DNA from: Mytilus trossulus
Taxonomy: Eukaryota
Direction: 5' to 3'
Assembly: GCF_036588685.1 (NCBI RefSeq)
Contig: NC_086386.1
Span: forward strand, 18,166,001 to 18,230,000
DNA length: 64,000 nucleotides
Shown here: positions 13,728-24,664 of the stretch, one piece after another
Position numbering within the stretch: position 1 is the stretch's first letter
How the letters are laid out: each line of letters opens with the position of its first letter
Notes under the pieces: generated by a model
Seen by the model: the letters and a program-made list of their open reading frames with translations, nothing else
Databases searched by the model: none
Told to the model about the DNA's origin: nothing
Program-made: the position numbers and the translations under genes

Positions 13728-16252
13728 CAGTCTATGGAAGAAGCGTATCGATAAAAACTTTTCTTATATCAATGAGCGATATTGTCTAATATCAATTGTA
13801 AACATGCAGACATTTCATGCGGAAAATGTTGTTTTTGGCAACGAAAAATTAAGTAATTACTAACTTTTAAACTTATTGTCAAATATAAACAACAATTGAG
13901 TCTAAATATACATTCAGAAGTTAGCTAAAAGCTAACGTTTATGTCCGTGTAAAATTTGAAGTGCTGTGTTTTTCTTATATACATAAATAAGCAATGCGAT
14001 ACTTTTAAAATATCAATGCGATACTTTTAAAATATCATAGCGGTATTTTTGTTATATCAATATTAGCACTTATTAGTATCAATATTTGACTGCTGTACCC
14101 ATATTTTTACAATTTTACCCATTATGTCTGTTTTGTTTACGCGTTGTTAATATGACAGAATTTGACGAGACTGTCATACACGTGAGAGGTTAAGCGCTAT
14201 AAAACCAGGTTCAATCCACCATTTTCACAATGTAAAAATGCCAGTACCGATGTGGTTTAATAAATAATATCGTAATCAAATAGCTAAGTATCAAATTATT
14301 GTTCACATGCTATATAACATTAATGTTTAGCAATTTTATAATGAACGCACCGAAATAATATATATCTGATATGCTCGCAATGCATGCAGGTAAGACTTTC
14401 TTTATTGATAAAAATGAAACTAACTTGTGACAAAGATGAAATATACTGTTCTCGTTCAGATTGATTCGATAACATCTGACCTGTACTTTTGAAACTCCTT
14501 TTTTTATACAAATTAGACCGTTGGTTTTCCTGTTTGAATGGTTTAACACTAGTATTTTTTTGGTTCCTATATAGCGTGGTGCTTGCTGTGAGCCAAGGCT
14601 CCGTGTTTAAGGTCCTACTTTGATCTATAATGGTTTACTTGAAACAAATCATTATACTTTGTGGAAAGTTGTCTCATTCGAACTCATGCACCATCTTCTT
14701 ATATCTATAAATCTTTAAAATATCCCTTTATAAATAACTGCTATCCAGACCTCCAAAAACGTCATTTGGGTGCTGAATCTTTTGTACAGTGCAATATAAA
14801 CTAGTACACTTCTTATGCTTTAACGGTAACGACAGTTATGATGGTACAAGAACGATTACGTCAATAAAAATACCAAATAAACAGCACTGAAAGATCTAAA
14901 TTTATAATTCTAGTATGACGTGCTTCTTTCGCTTTGTAAACAACACTGTGACAAAATTCTCGATAGATCTATACTTAGCGCAGACTCACTCAGAGGTATA
15001 CATAATAATTGCTGTTATGTACAATATACCTCCCGCGTAAATCTACATGCATTGGAACCTATTTGCAGACCCCTTTGCCGATTTTATTGTTTTAAAAAGT
15101 GCAATTATAAAAAAAATAACTATTATTCTTATTCGGATGCATAATAAAAAGAAGTAATGCACAAGAACTCGGAGAAATCAACAGGATAAAATTCGAATAT
15201 CACGGCACAATCCATGTGTAAATTTCCAACAATCTATGGCTTCCTGAATTATTTCTAAAATATAGAAAATATGTATACACATTTGGATTCGAGCGTCACT
15301 GATGAGTCTTTTGTAGAAGAAGCGCGCGTTTGGCGTATATACAAAATTTATCCTGGATTCGGCCAAAAAGGGGGGTTCAACCCCCGCCCCCTCCAGATCC
15401 GCCACTGGACCTTTATTAGAATCGAATAGGTCGGTAGACTATTTACAACCGCATTCAAATTCCGCCATTGCATCATCACTTCAAACAGAATTTGTCGGTT
15501 AAAGCATGTGATTGCAAAACAATAGACTGAACCGGTTGTTAACACTTTCAAATATCAATAGGGTCACGCAACATTTTAAAAATGATAAGATCGTGTAAGC
15601 GTTAATTTTGTTACAGAAACGAAATTTTACTGATATTGATCCTCAAACATTAAGCTGGTCATGAAATAAGTTTGTGAATTATGTTTGCGGTTCTTTTGAC
15701 ATGCATTGTGACGTGTCGTCGTATTAATTCTATATTAGAAAACTATAGCAGTTATATTAGAAAAGTATCGCATTCATAAATTTTTGATATTAAAAAAATA
15801 TCGCTATGATATAAGACAAACATCGCATTGATATTTTAAAATATAGCAGTATCTTTGACTTATAGGCGATTTTGGCTTATCCAACAATTGAATTCATCTC
15901 GATTGCATTCCACATAATTTGCTACATGACATTAATTGAATTTGTACATATCTACAAATGATAAATCGTGCATTTATGTCTCATTTATTCAACAATTCAA
16001 TTTTCTCGTTTAAATACATCTTCCTTGGTATAACTTAAAATAATTCATGGAAATTATACAGCAGACGTATGTCTTGTTAAATGTCAGCCTGTTTTAAGAA
16101 AAGAATCATTTCTTTATACCGAGAAATCTTCGTTCTTTTATAAAAATGTAAACATTCGTCTGAGATTTCCCACAATGCAACTCGTTGATATAAGACAATA
16201 TCGCTCATTGATATAAGAAAAGTTTTTATCGTATAGCACCTTCCATAGACTG
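13728..16252. mobile_element. Non-autonomous TIR DNA transposon (~2.5 kb, ~70-bp TIRs) with nested repeats
   Basis: CAGTCTATGGAAG...aaaaacttttcttatatcaatgagcgatattgtc at 13728 is inverted at 16185-16252. Flanking direct repeat GTTAC (13723-13727 / 16253-16257). Confidence 0.75.
15292..15336 (+). ncRNA. Degenerate type I minimal hammerhead ribozyme (retrozyme/Penelope type)
   Basis: gcgtca-CTGATGA-gtct(tttgt)agaa-GAAG-cgcgcg-TT-tggcgt. Stem I and palindromic stem III are present, but GAAA is changed to GAAG and the stem II closing pair is lost. Confidence 0.6.
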
Positions 16253-16446
16253 GTTACGTATAGTGGATATTTAGATGCGTTTCATAGTTGACAAAACCGT
16301 TTTGTAGTGGACAAAAAGTTTCGTAATTGACATCAACCCTATTCTATATTGATAAAAACATACTAAAAATTACATGAAACTAACCCTTGTTATTTGTTTT
16401 GCACGAATATAATTGAAAAAAGAGTAAAAAAAGACTGCATGGTAGT

Positions 16447-16809
16447 NNNNNNNNNNNNNNNNNNNNNNNNNNNNNNNNNNNNNNNNNNNNNNNNNNNNNN
16501 NNNNNNNNNNNNNNNNNNNNNNNNNNNNNNNNNNNNNNNNNNNNNNNNNNNNNNNNNNNNNNNNNNNNNNNNNNNNNNNNNNNNNNNNNNNNNNNNNNNN
16601 NNNNNNNNNNNNNNNNNNNNNNNNNNNNNNNNNNNNNNNNNNNNNNNNNNNNNNNNNNNNNNNNNNNNNNNNNNNNNNNNNNNNNNNNNNNNNNNNNNNN
16701 NNNNNNNNNNNNNNNNNNNNNNNNNNNNNNNNNNNNNNNNNNNNNNNNNNNNNNNNNNNNNNNNNNNNNNNNNNNNNNNNNNNNNNNNNNNNNNNNNNNN
16801 NNNNNNNNN
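16447..16809. other. Assembly gap (N run)
   Basis: Run of N. Confidence 1.
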
Positions 16810-16861
16810 TGATTTTAGTAATTTAACTTTGTTTTGATAAATACATAGAGAATAATAGATT

Positions 16862-16977
16862 ATAGGTAGTTTCGTCTTTGATACTGACTATATCACGTGG
16901 AATATCTAGACAAGCCCGTAAGGGCGAGTTAAGATATTCCACATGATATAGTCAGTATCAAAAACGAAACTACCTAT
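16862..16977. mobile_element. Palindromic hairpin MITE
   Basis: ~46-bp arms ataggtagtttcg..tgatactgactatatca..tggaatatct and its inverse, with central gccc-gtaa-gggc hairpin. Similar architecture at 57701-57830. Confidence 0.65.
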
Positions 16978-17137
16978 TATTCTGTTTATCGGTAATTATG
17001 ACGTCACACAATGTATTGCCTAATATTTTCAGTGATACAGCCAGTATGTTGATACTAGAAAATATTAGGCAGTAAGATCGAAGGGAAAATATACGAATTA
17101 CCGATAAATGTGTATATAACTTTTCTTCATTACAGAT

Positions 17138-20100
17138 ATGGCCTATAAAAACTTTTCCAAAACACATACTGGTACTGGAAATTATTATGGTCTCTACGGA
17201 GGAGGTACTTCAAATCATCTATCAACTGGACATCTTGGTGTAACAACTAGCGAGAGGTCACCATATAACTCCAGATCCACATCACCGGCAGGACTCTCAT
17301 ATTTGGATAACATCCGACATAGAAACCCTTCGGAGGAATCTCCTGGAATTGACAGAGATCGTCACAGAGATACACATTTATCAACCTCAAAACAAGATGA
17401 TGTTTTGAAATTAATAAGTTGCGTCAGGAAACTTCAAAATGTTGATTTGGACAAAATTGAAAAGGAAATTGATGGATATAAGGTGAAATAAATCATTCTT
17501 CTTTTGCCAGTCTTCCTATTTTGATACTTTTAAAATTCCTAAACTAAAATGAAAGTGCTTTTTGTCTAATATGAAAATTGAGTTGCGCATGTCATATTAT
17601 TATGTCTTATTTGTGGAAGTCTTCCTTTTAGGTTAAAGTATAGGTAAATAGTATTATTTCTCTTATTATTTAAGAACAAATATAAAATGATGTAAGATAT
17701 GATTTTATCTTAGTTTTGTAAGTTTATAGTTTTTGAACAGTTTAATTGATATTTGATATTTGTTTGTAATTAGAAAACAGTACATACCAGTAACCAAAGA
17801 GATGTTGAAAATACAAAAGAAGAGCTACAGAAGTTAAAAGAGGAGAATCTTGCCTTACAAGAGACAACCGAAAGTTTGAAAAACAAATATCTGCAAGTGG
17901 TTGAGGAAAAAAGTGACTATGAGGAAAAATTTCAAAAGGCTAAAGAAGAGTTTAGGCAGCAAGATAAACAAATAAAATATTTGGAACGAATTGTGTCAGA
18001 AAAAGACTTAGAGGTTAAGACACTGGCCAAAGAGAAAGAATCGGCACTTTCAAGGTAAAATCATCTTAGATGCTAAAATGTAAAATATATATAACTAAAC
18101 ATACAGGTTTTGATAAGTGACTACTATTAACTCAATTTATATTTCATGTTTTTCGTCAAACGTATTTCTATTTTTATTTTTGTTTATTGTCTATTGCAAT
18201 TGTGTGATAAAAAAAGTCAATGTACTGATTATGCCATAATGGGTCCACTATTGGAAATATTGGAAAAAATAAATATATATATCTCTATATAATAGTTGGT
18301 CTTTAAAAATACCACGTCCAAGTGGAATAGTGTTAAGTTGGTGCTTGAAAGTGTGTGTATAAAATTAATGCTCTATTTCTACCCATGTATCTATAGCTTA
18401 TCCGCGATTTCCACACTTAATATCGGAAGACAAACTTTGCAGAACTCCATATTATTATTGATATAATGATTAGTTTGTTTTAACTCGAATATGCATGGAA
18501 TGTTTTCTACCTAACATATAGATTTGATAAACATATATATAAATTTCATCCAATTTCTACCAGTCATGATTTACATATATATTTTAAAGGAATAAAAATG
18601 ATAGGACCAATCCCTGAAGGCCAATTTCAAACATTTTCAAATCTTTACTAAAATTTACAGTATGGAAGCTTCGTATGCATACTATGTGACTCTTACACAA
18701 CTATGGCGTATTTAAAACATGTAATTACTCAAAACCGGAATTTAAGTAGATTTATGATAATATCGTATTATTTATTAACTCAAACATCTTTGCAAGGTAT
18801 CACTTTGTTCTGTCTTTCAGATGCAAATCATTTCATGCTGGTTAAGGATGATTGTCCTTGGATGCAGAATTTTATAAAAACGTAAATTTGCAATATTTGA
18901 TTAGACCCGTCTTAAATACAGCATATAACAAACAAATGCCTTTTTGATTTTATGAATAAAATAATCATATGTAAAGTTTAATATTGAAAAACCTTTAATG
19001 TGAAACAAATCATGAAAATTGTTTCTACCTCATTCTTTGTGTACTTTGTTTTAACTTACTACGATTCCATGTATGTGATAAAATTTTGTAAAACTGAAGT
19101 TCTGATAAGTATTAATATATTGTTTTTAGGCTAAGTAAGGAAATGGGAGACAAACTAAGCCAAGAAAACACTGCAATTGCAGATCTAAGCGACCCAAACA
19201 GATCAACAAAACTAGCTGAATTGTATAATACGTTGTACGACAATGAATGGACAGATGCTTTGGAAACATTACAGAGTGCAGGACTAGATGAAGAACTTGC
19301 TGTCAGATCTTTATTGGAAATAATGAAGGTTATTTTCTAGTTTATAGAGCACAGCAGATGCATGTACCTGCGCCATTGTCACTTGTTATCTGTCGTCTGT
19401 CGACTTTTTATTCAAAATCTTCATTTTGGTTTAGATCGACTTGAAAGTTCGAATTTCAGTTAAGTTAAAGCAAAGCTTGTTTTTAAATTTGCCTTAGTCA
19501 AAAGAAGACCATTTTTTATTCACACCCTCTTTTCTTTGTAGCACATATATGACTTTTGCAGTAAAGTTAAAGATGATCATATGCAGCAACTGGAAGCTCA
19601 TTTGATGAACCCTGTATGTATACTTTTTTTTACTACAAATCGGTAATGAAACCATGTAAAATGCACCAGGCAGAAGCTAGAGAACAATAGCGAGCTAGCA
19701 ATAAGCCAGCGAACAATAAGGCGATATATTGAGAAACCAACAAAAAATGATTAGACAGCAACCGCCGTTAAATCCACAAATATTTAAAAAGGCAGAAAAT
19801 CAGTCGAAATATTGCAATTTCAACTCAATCTTGAAATGGTTTTTTATCCCATTAATTGATAAAACAATTCACATCTCTTTTTAGGCTAATATTTAGTACC
19901 ACAGTAAATAAGCATTTTTACAATTTTTTTCAAATTTTGAGCTCTAGTTTCAGATTTTTTAACATAGTGCCCTTCAATACCTTGCGAAACAGAAGCGCGT
20001 GTTTCTCCTCTACAAGACCTATAAAGTCATACCCCGTGACACTCCGAATTTTTTTCTCTGAAAGCCTTGGAAAAAGACAACCCCCATCTCTGAAAATGTG

Positions 20101-23100
20101 TATTTTAGTTTAATTAAACAATGACATCACAGGTGCGATATTTTACAGGGTAGAACTACTTTTAAATTGAAGTGGGTGCATTGATGGTCCTACACCTACA
20201 AATAATCCGTTGATAGATGCAGATTTACTGTGGAACTGCATATAAGCCTTAAAAGAGATGTGACTTGTTTTATCAATTGGTGGGATAAAAACCGTTTCAA
20301 GATATTGAGTTGAAATTACAACATTTGGACTGATTTTCTGCCTTTCGCTAGCTTCAGCCTAGTTATAAATGCAACTATTAGAAACATTAACTTGCACATC
20401 AAAATGCATACAACAGCAACACGAACCATTTAAAGCAAAAAAAGAAATGAATGTACATGCTCAATTAATGACTTTAACTTACTAGACTGAGTATTCATTA
20501 CATTCGATTATATCACAAACGAAAAAAAATTAGACATTCCTGAATAACATTTTTTGACAATTTTTGCAAATGCACTCATTACCCAAAAATTACATTAATC
20601 CCACCACTATCCTGTCTAGTTGCTAGTCTATAAATTCAAAATTTTTCAAAGGTTAAATATATATATATTGAGACACGTGTTACTTTTAAAAGGAGATATA
20701 CTAAGGACAGTTTTTCCCAGTTGAACTCGACCATTATATATATAAGGGGACCTTTAACCCCCTATCATTTAATGGGAAATATCACCAATGTGACATCCTT
20801 TATCAATGAAATAAATAAAACATAATTTAAAAGAGTTAAAACATGTGTTTATTTTCAATTTAGAATTAAATTAAGGCATTCATTATTCTTCTATTCGTAT
20901 GCTAAAACAACGAAATTATGTGTTAAGACAATCTTTTTGTTTCCTGTGTTTTAATATTCAAACGCATGTGTGCTAACGTTATCACGGAGAGTGTTTTGTT
21001 GTCAGCTATAAAAATGAAAACATAAAACACATACGAAAAATACAATAATTATTTAATTATGATTACTCGAAACAGGTATTAACATACTTCTACGCAAGTC
21101 TATGGACCACTTTCAACATTTATGGTAGGAAAAAAATGATATAATATAAGTGGTTGCAACATATTTCTACTCAATGAATTTCAGTTTTTACAAAGACAAG
21201 CTTGGGCTACAGAAAGCGTTTCAACACAATCACCGAAGCAGGTCAGATCAATGTTAATGGATTGTATAAAACTATCATCCAAAGAAATGGGTCGGAATTT
21301 AAGCAAGGTATAGTAATACGAAAATACTTATATTGACATATTAATCGAAACTAAGCATGATTTTAAACATCAACATGATCGATCTTGTTTCCTATTACTA
21401 GTTTCTCGCTGCATTGAAGACCTATTGGTGACCCTTCTACTGTTGTCAGCTCTATGGTCGATTTGTTGTCTCTTTGACACATTCCCCATTTCCATTCTCA
21501 ATTTCATTACAAGCACTTGTGTAAACCTTCGCTTTCTTTGGATTTTATAACACAAGTGTAGTGTGAATCTTAATTTGTATCTTGTTTGAAAAATAATTGA
21601 CTTTCACTGGTCAGAGGCGGATTTAGGGGGAGGCAGGGCCCCCCCCCCTTTTTTTGAGAAAAAAAAATTGTCTGCCTATATAGGGATACAAGATACAAAT
21701 TAAGATTCACACTACACTTGTGTTATAAAATCCAAAGAAAGCGAAGGTTTACACAAATGCTTGTAATGAAATTGAGAATGGAAATGGGGAATGTGTCAAA
21801 GAGACAACAAAAAGCCAGATAAAAAATATGACGTTGAAGTGCGATATTAAAAAAACTTGAATTCCGAAAAGTTGTGCTAAATAGGGGTGTATCGAATAAT
21901 TGCACATTTTATATCAATATTAATGTCAACCCAAACGTGCTTTACTAATGTAAGGTGTAACCAGGCGTTTATATCTTAAACGAACGTTCCAGTAAATACT
22001 TGTATTCAAGTTGTCATCAAACAATACGGCAATACTAAAAACTACAACTATCTGTGTTATGCACAATGAACTTAAATATACACACTGACTCTTTGTCGAT
22101 ATAAAGTATTATACAATTTAACAGCCTGTCTTCTTAATGGAACGGTATGTCACTATAAGACAATGTTGCTGGTACACCTTGTCCTCCAAGTGGGACGGTC
22201 TTTCACTACCAGATGGTACAGCCTGCCTTGTCAATCTGATCAACTGGTACCGTTTACTTTGTACTCACTACCCAGTTACTGTAGCTTTTCTAGTACTTAA
22301 TATAACCGACATACTTACTTGTTGACTTCTGCATGACGGCTCATCAATAGTCAACCGACAGCCTCGAGTGCCTTTTTTTATTTAATTATATACACCCGTG
22401 GTCGAATACATTTTCCCTTAATCGGGGTGTTCTCTAAATGTTACTCTTACGGAACATAGAGAGCACCTAACGATTACCACTAAAACCTTCGATCCGGCCA
22501 CTAATTTTCCCGCCAAACGTCTAAATCTGTCGAACTCTTTCTCGAGCGTAAAACATGCATTGATACAATAAGATTCTAGACCAATATACATTACACTTTA
22601 CTGCCGAGGCATTTACTAAGTGGTTGTAAAATCTCATAAAAATACCAGGCATACAATTTTGTACGCCAGATGTGCATTTCGTCTTATTAAGACTTATCAG
22701 TTTCGCCTGAATGAAAAAAGTATAAAGAAAGAGAAGGGCCAATCAAAATTCGGATTTAAAGACCATTGAAAATATGAGACGGGTAACGTTTTGGTGAGCG
22801 ATGCATCAGTATTTTTTTGTACAAAACGTTGGGCAATTTTGTTAGCTTCCTTCCATGTATGCATTTATAATTCAAACTTTCAGTCTGTTAAATTGTCATT
22901 GTTTCATGTCTTTTCAGTAATAAGCTAGAGATTTTAATGAGGCGTCTTTTTGACAGGGATGTATACATACACATTCAAAAAATGAGGCATTAATTAAGAA
23001 TTTCATTTCACTAAGGTTGAGTGCAACACGTCAAACAAATGAATCCTTACAACGTTTCTTGTGAATATGAAAGTAATATTTGTCACTAAACTTAAACCCA

Positions 23101-24164
23101 TCAACAGTCATTCGATCTGTCTCTCTTGATATCCCTGGCAGAGACAAAATATGTATATCTGTCTCTGGATATCTGAAGAATTTTTTTTTATCTCGCTTAT
23201 GAAAAACCAAATGTATAAGGAGCTCACAAGAATTCCACACTATAATAATACCATTTTTTACCAAGACATGAATTGAGATTTATTTTCGTCATTTAAAACC
23301 ATTTCGCAATGCATTTTTTTTTTTCGTTTGCAGAATTATTTGACAATGAAACAAAAACCAGCTCATGCAGAGCGAATTCCTGAATACGTCGAAAAAGCTA
23401 CAAATCTTTGCTGGATGATGAATTTGTGTAGTCCGCCACTTGTGTTTGGTGCACAACCGCGGACAGGAGACACCCTTGATAAAAACTTGTATAAAGAGTA
23501 CACAAAGCAAGGAGAAATGATCTCCTTCGTAGTATGGCTTCCGTTGTTGATAGAAAAAGACGGACCTGTGCTTTTGAAAGGTGTAGCACAACCTATTCCA
23601 TCTGTCACAAAATCCAGTCGATCTATTGGAAAAGACAGACTATCATCGACCCGAGATTATGGTTATTTAAGCGAAAGAAAACGTACCGAAAAGAAGGACA
23701 ATAAAGATGATCTTTTGTCTGATTTTTTCAGTTCAAATGTAGCTGGTAGTCGAATACATACTGATAGAAAAACTGAGACAGATTTAGGAACCAGGGATGC
23801 ATTGTATGGAAAAGAATTTAGTAAAACGTATACAGCATCATCTGAGAGAGAAAGAAATTCAACGTTAGGAACAATGGAATCGCCTTATGATAATGATCGA
23901 AAAGAAAGACAAACAAAAAGAACAAGTGCTGTAAATTCAGACGTACACTCATGGCGTACCAAAGACTCGTCGTCTGGTGGCTATAGTGGTAGAAATGATT
24001 ATACAACCACACAAACTCATGGATCTCATACATTAGACGCTACCAGTAGTCGCACACATGACAATGGGACTGGTCAAATGATTGACAATATTGAATACCG
24101 CTATCACCACGGTCAAGTGATATTTAAAAAACCAGGTGATACAAAATGGAGATATGCTTCTTGA
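17138..24164 (+). CDS. Mieap/SPATA18 C-terminal-domain-like coiled-coil protein B, 616 aa
   Basis: Exons 17138-17482, 17774-18054, 19130-19328, 19542-19613, 21185-21307, 23334-24164 (1851 nt, phases 0,2,0,0,0). S/T/G-rich N-terminus, E/K heptad coiled coil, IADLSDPNRSTKLAELYNTLYDNEWTDA, LCWMMNLCSPPLVF, LDKNLYKEYTKQG..ISFVVWLPL..DGPVLLKGVAQ, then a low-complexity tail. Confidence 0.85.
19667..20361. mobile_element. MITE with ~75-bp TIRs
   Basis: aaaggcagaaaatcagtc..aatttcaactcaat..cttgaaa.ggtttttatcc (19788-19850) is inverted at 20282-20345. Outer ends caggcagaagctag / ctagcttcagccta. Confidence 0.6.
21462..21811. repeat. 124-bp near-perfect inverted duplication (arms 21462-21585 and 21688-21811)
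   Basis: Direct reading of both arms shows one mismatch; spacer is 102 bp. Confidence 0.9.
22663..22707 (-). ncRNA. Degenerate hammerhead ribozyme (same retrozyme family)
   Basis: Minus strand: CTGATAA-gtctt(aat)aagac-GAAA-tgcaca-TC-tggcgt. Core G8 is mutated and stem III is CpG-decayed. Confidence 0.55.
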
Positions 24165-24664
24165 CATGAAAGTTTCTAGTTTTCCAAGAATTCAGTTTAT
24201 ATGTATACAAAATATTCATTAGTTTTTACTAACCTCGACATGCTAAACACAAAACGAGCCATCAAATCGTATTTTATTATTCATATATTTTATTTATTTC
24301 AAGTGTACATTTTTAATTGCAGGGATCAAAGTTTTTTTTATATTGCAATGTTTGCTAGTTTATAGTGTTTTAGGAATAAAATAAAAAAATATTACAGTTT
24401 TATATTTTACACAAATAATCATTATTTTTGAATGAATACCAAGATGCATGATATTTGGAATAGTACTTGATACTAGTGCATCACATATATTTTTATAAAA
24501 AGGGAAAATAACAGTTTTTGCTTTAAGGGAGCATTGACATGTTTAACCCCACCACATTATTTATGTATGTGCCTGTCCCAAGTCAGGAGCCTGTAATTCA
24601 GTGGTTGTCGTTTGTTTATGTGTTACATATTTGTTTTTCGTTCACATCTTCTTTTTTATATTAG

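Noticed and set aside
16394-16837. 147-aa ORF
   Set aside because: Spans the N gap.
21076-21124. Possible extra small exon of gene B
   Set aside because: Weak acceptor, phase-incompatible, and only ~60 nt from the next acceptor; not needed for the frame.
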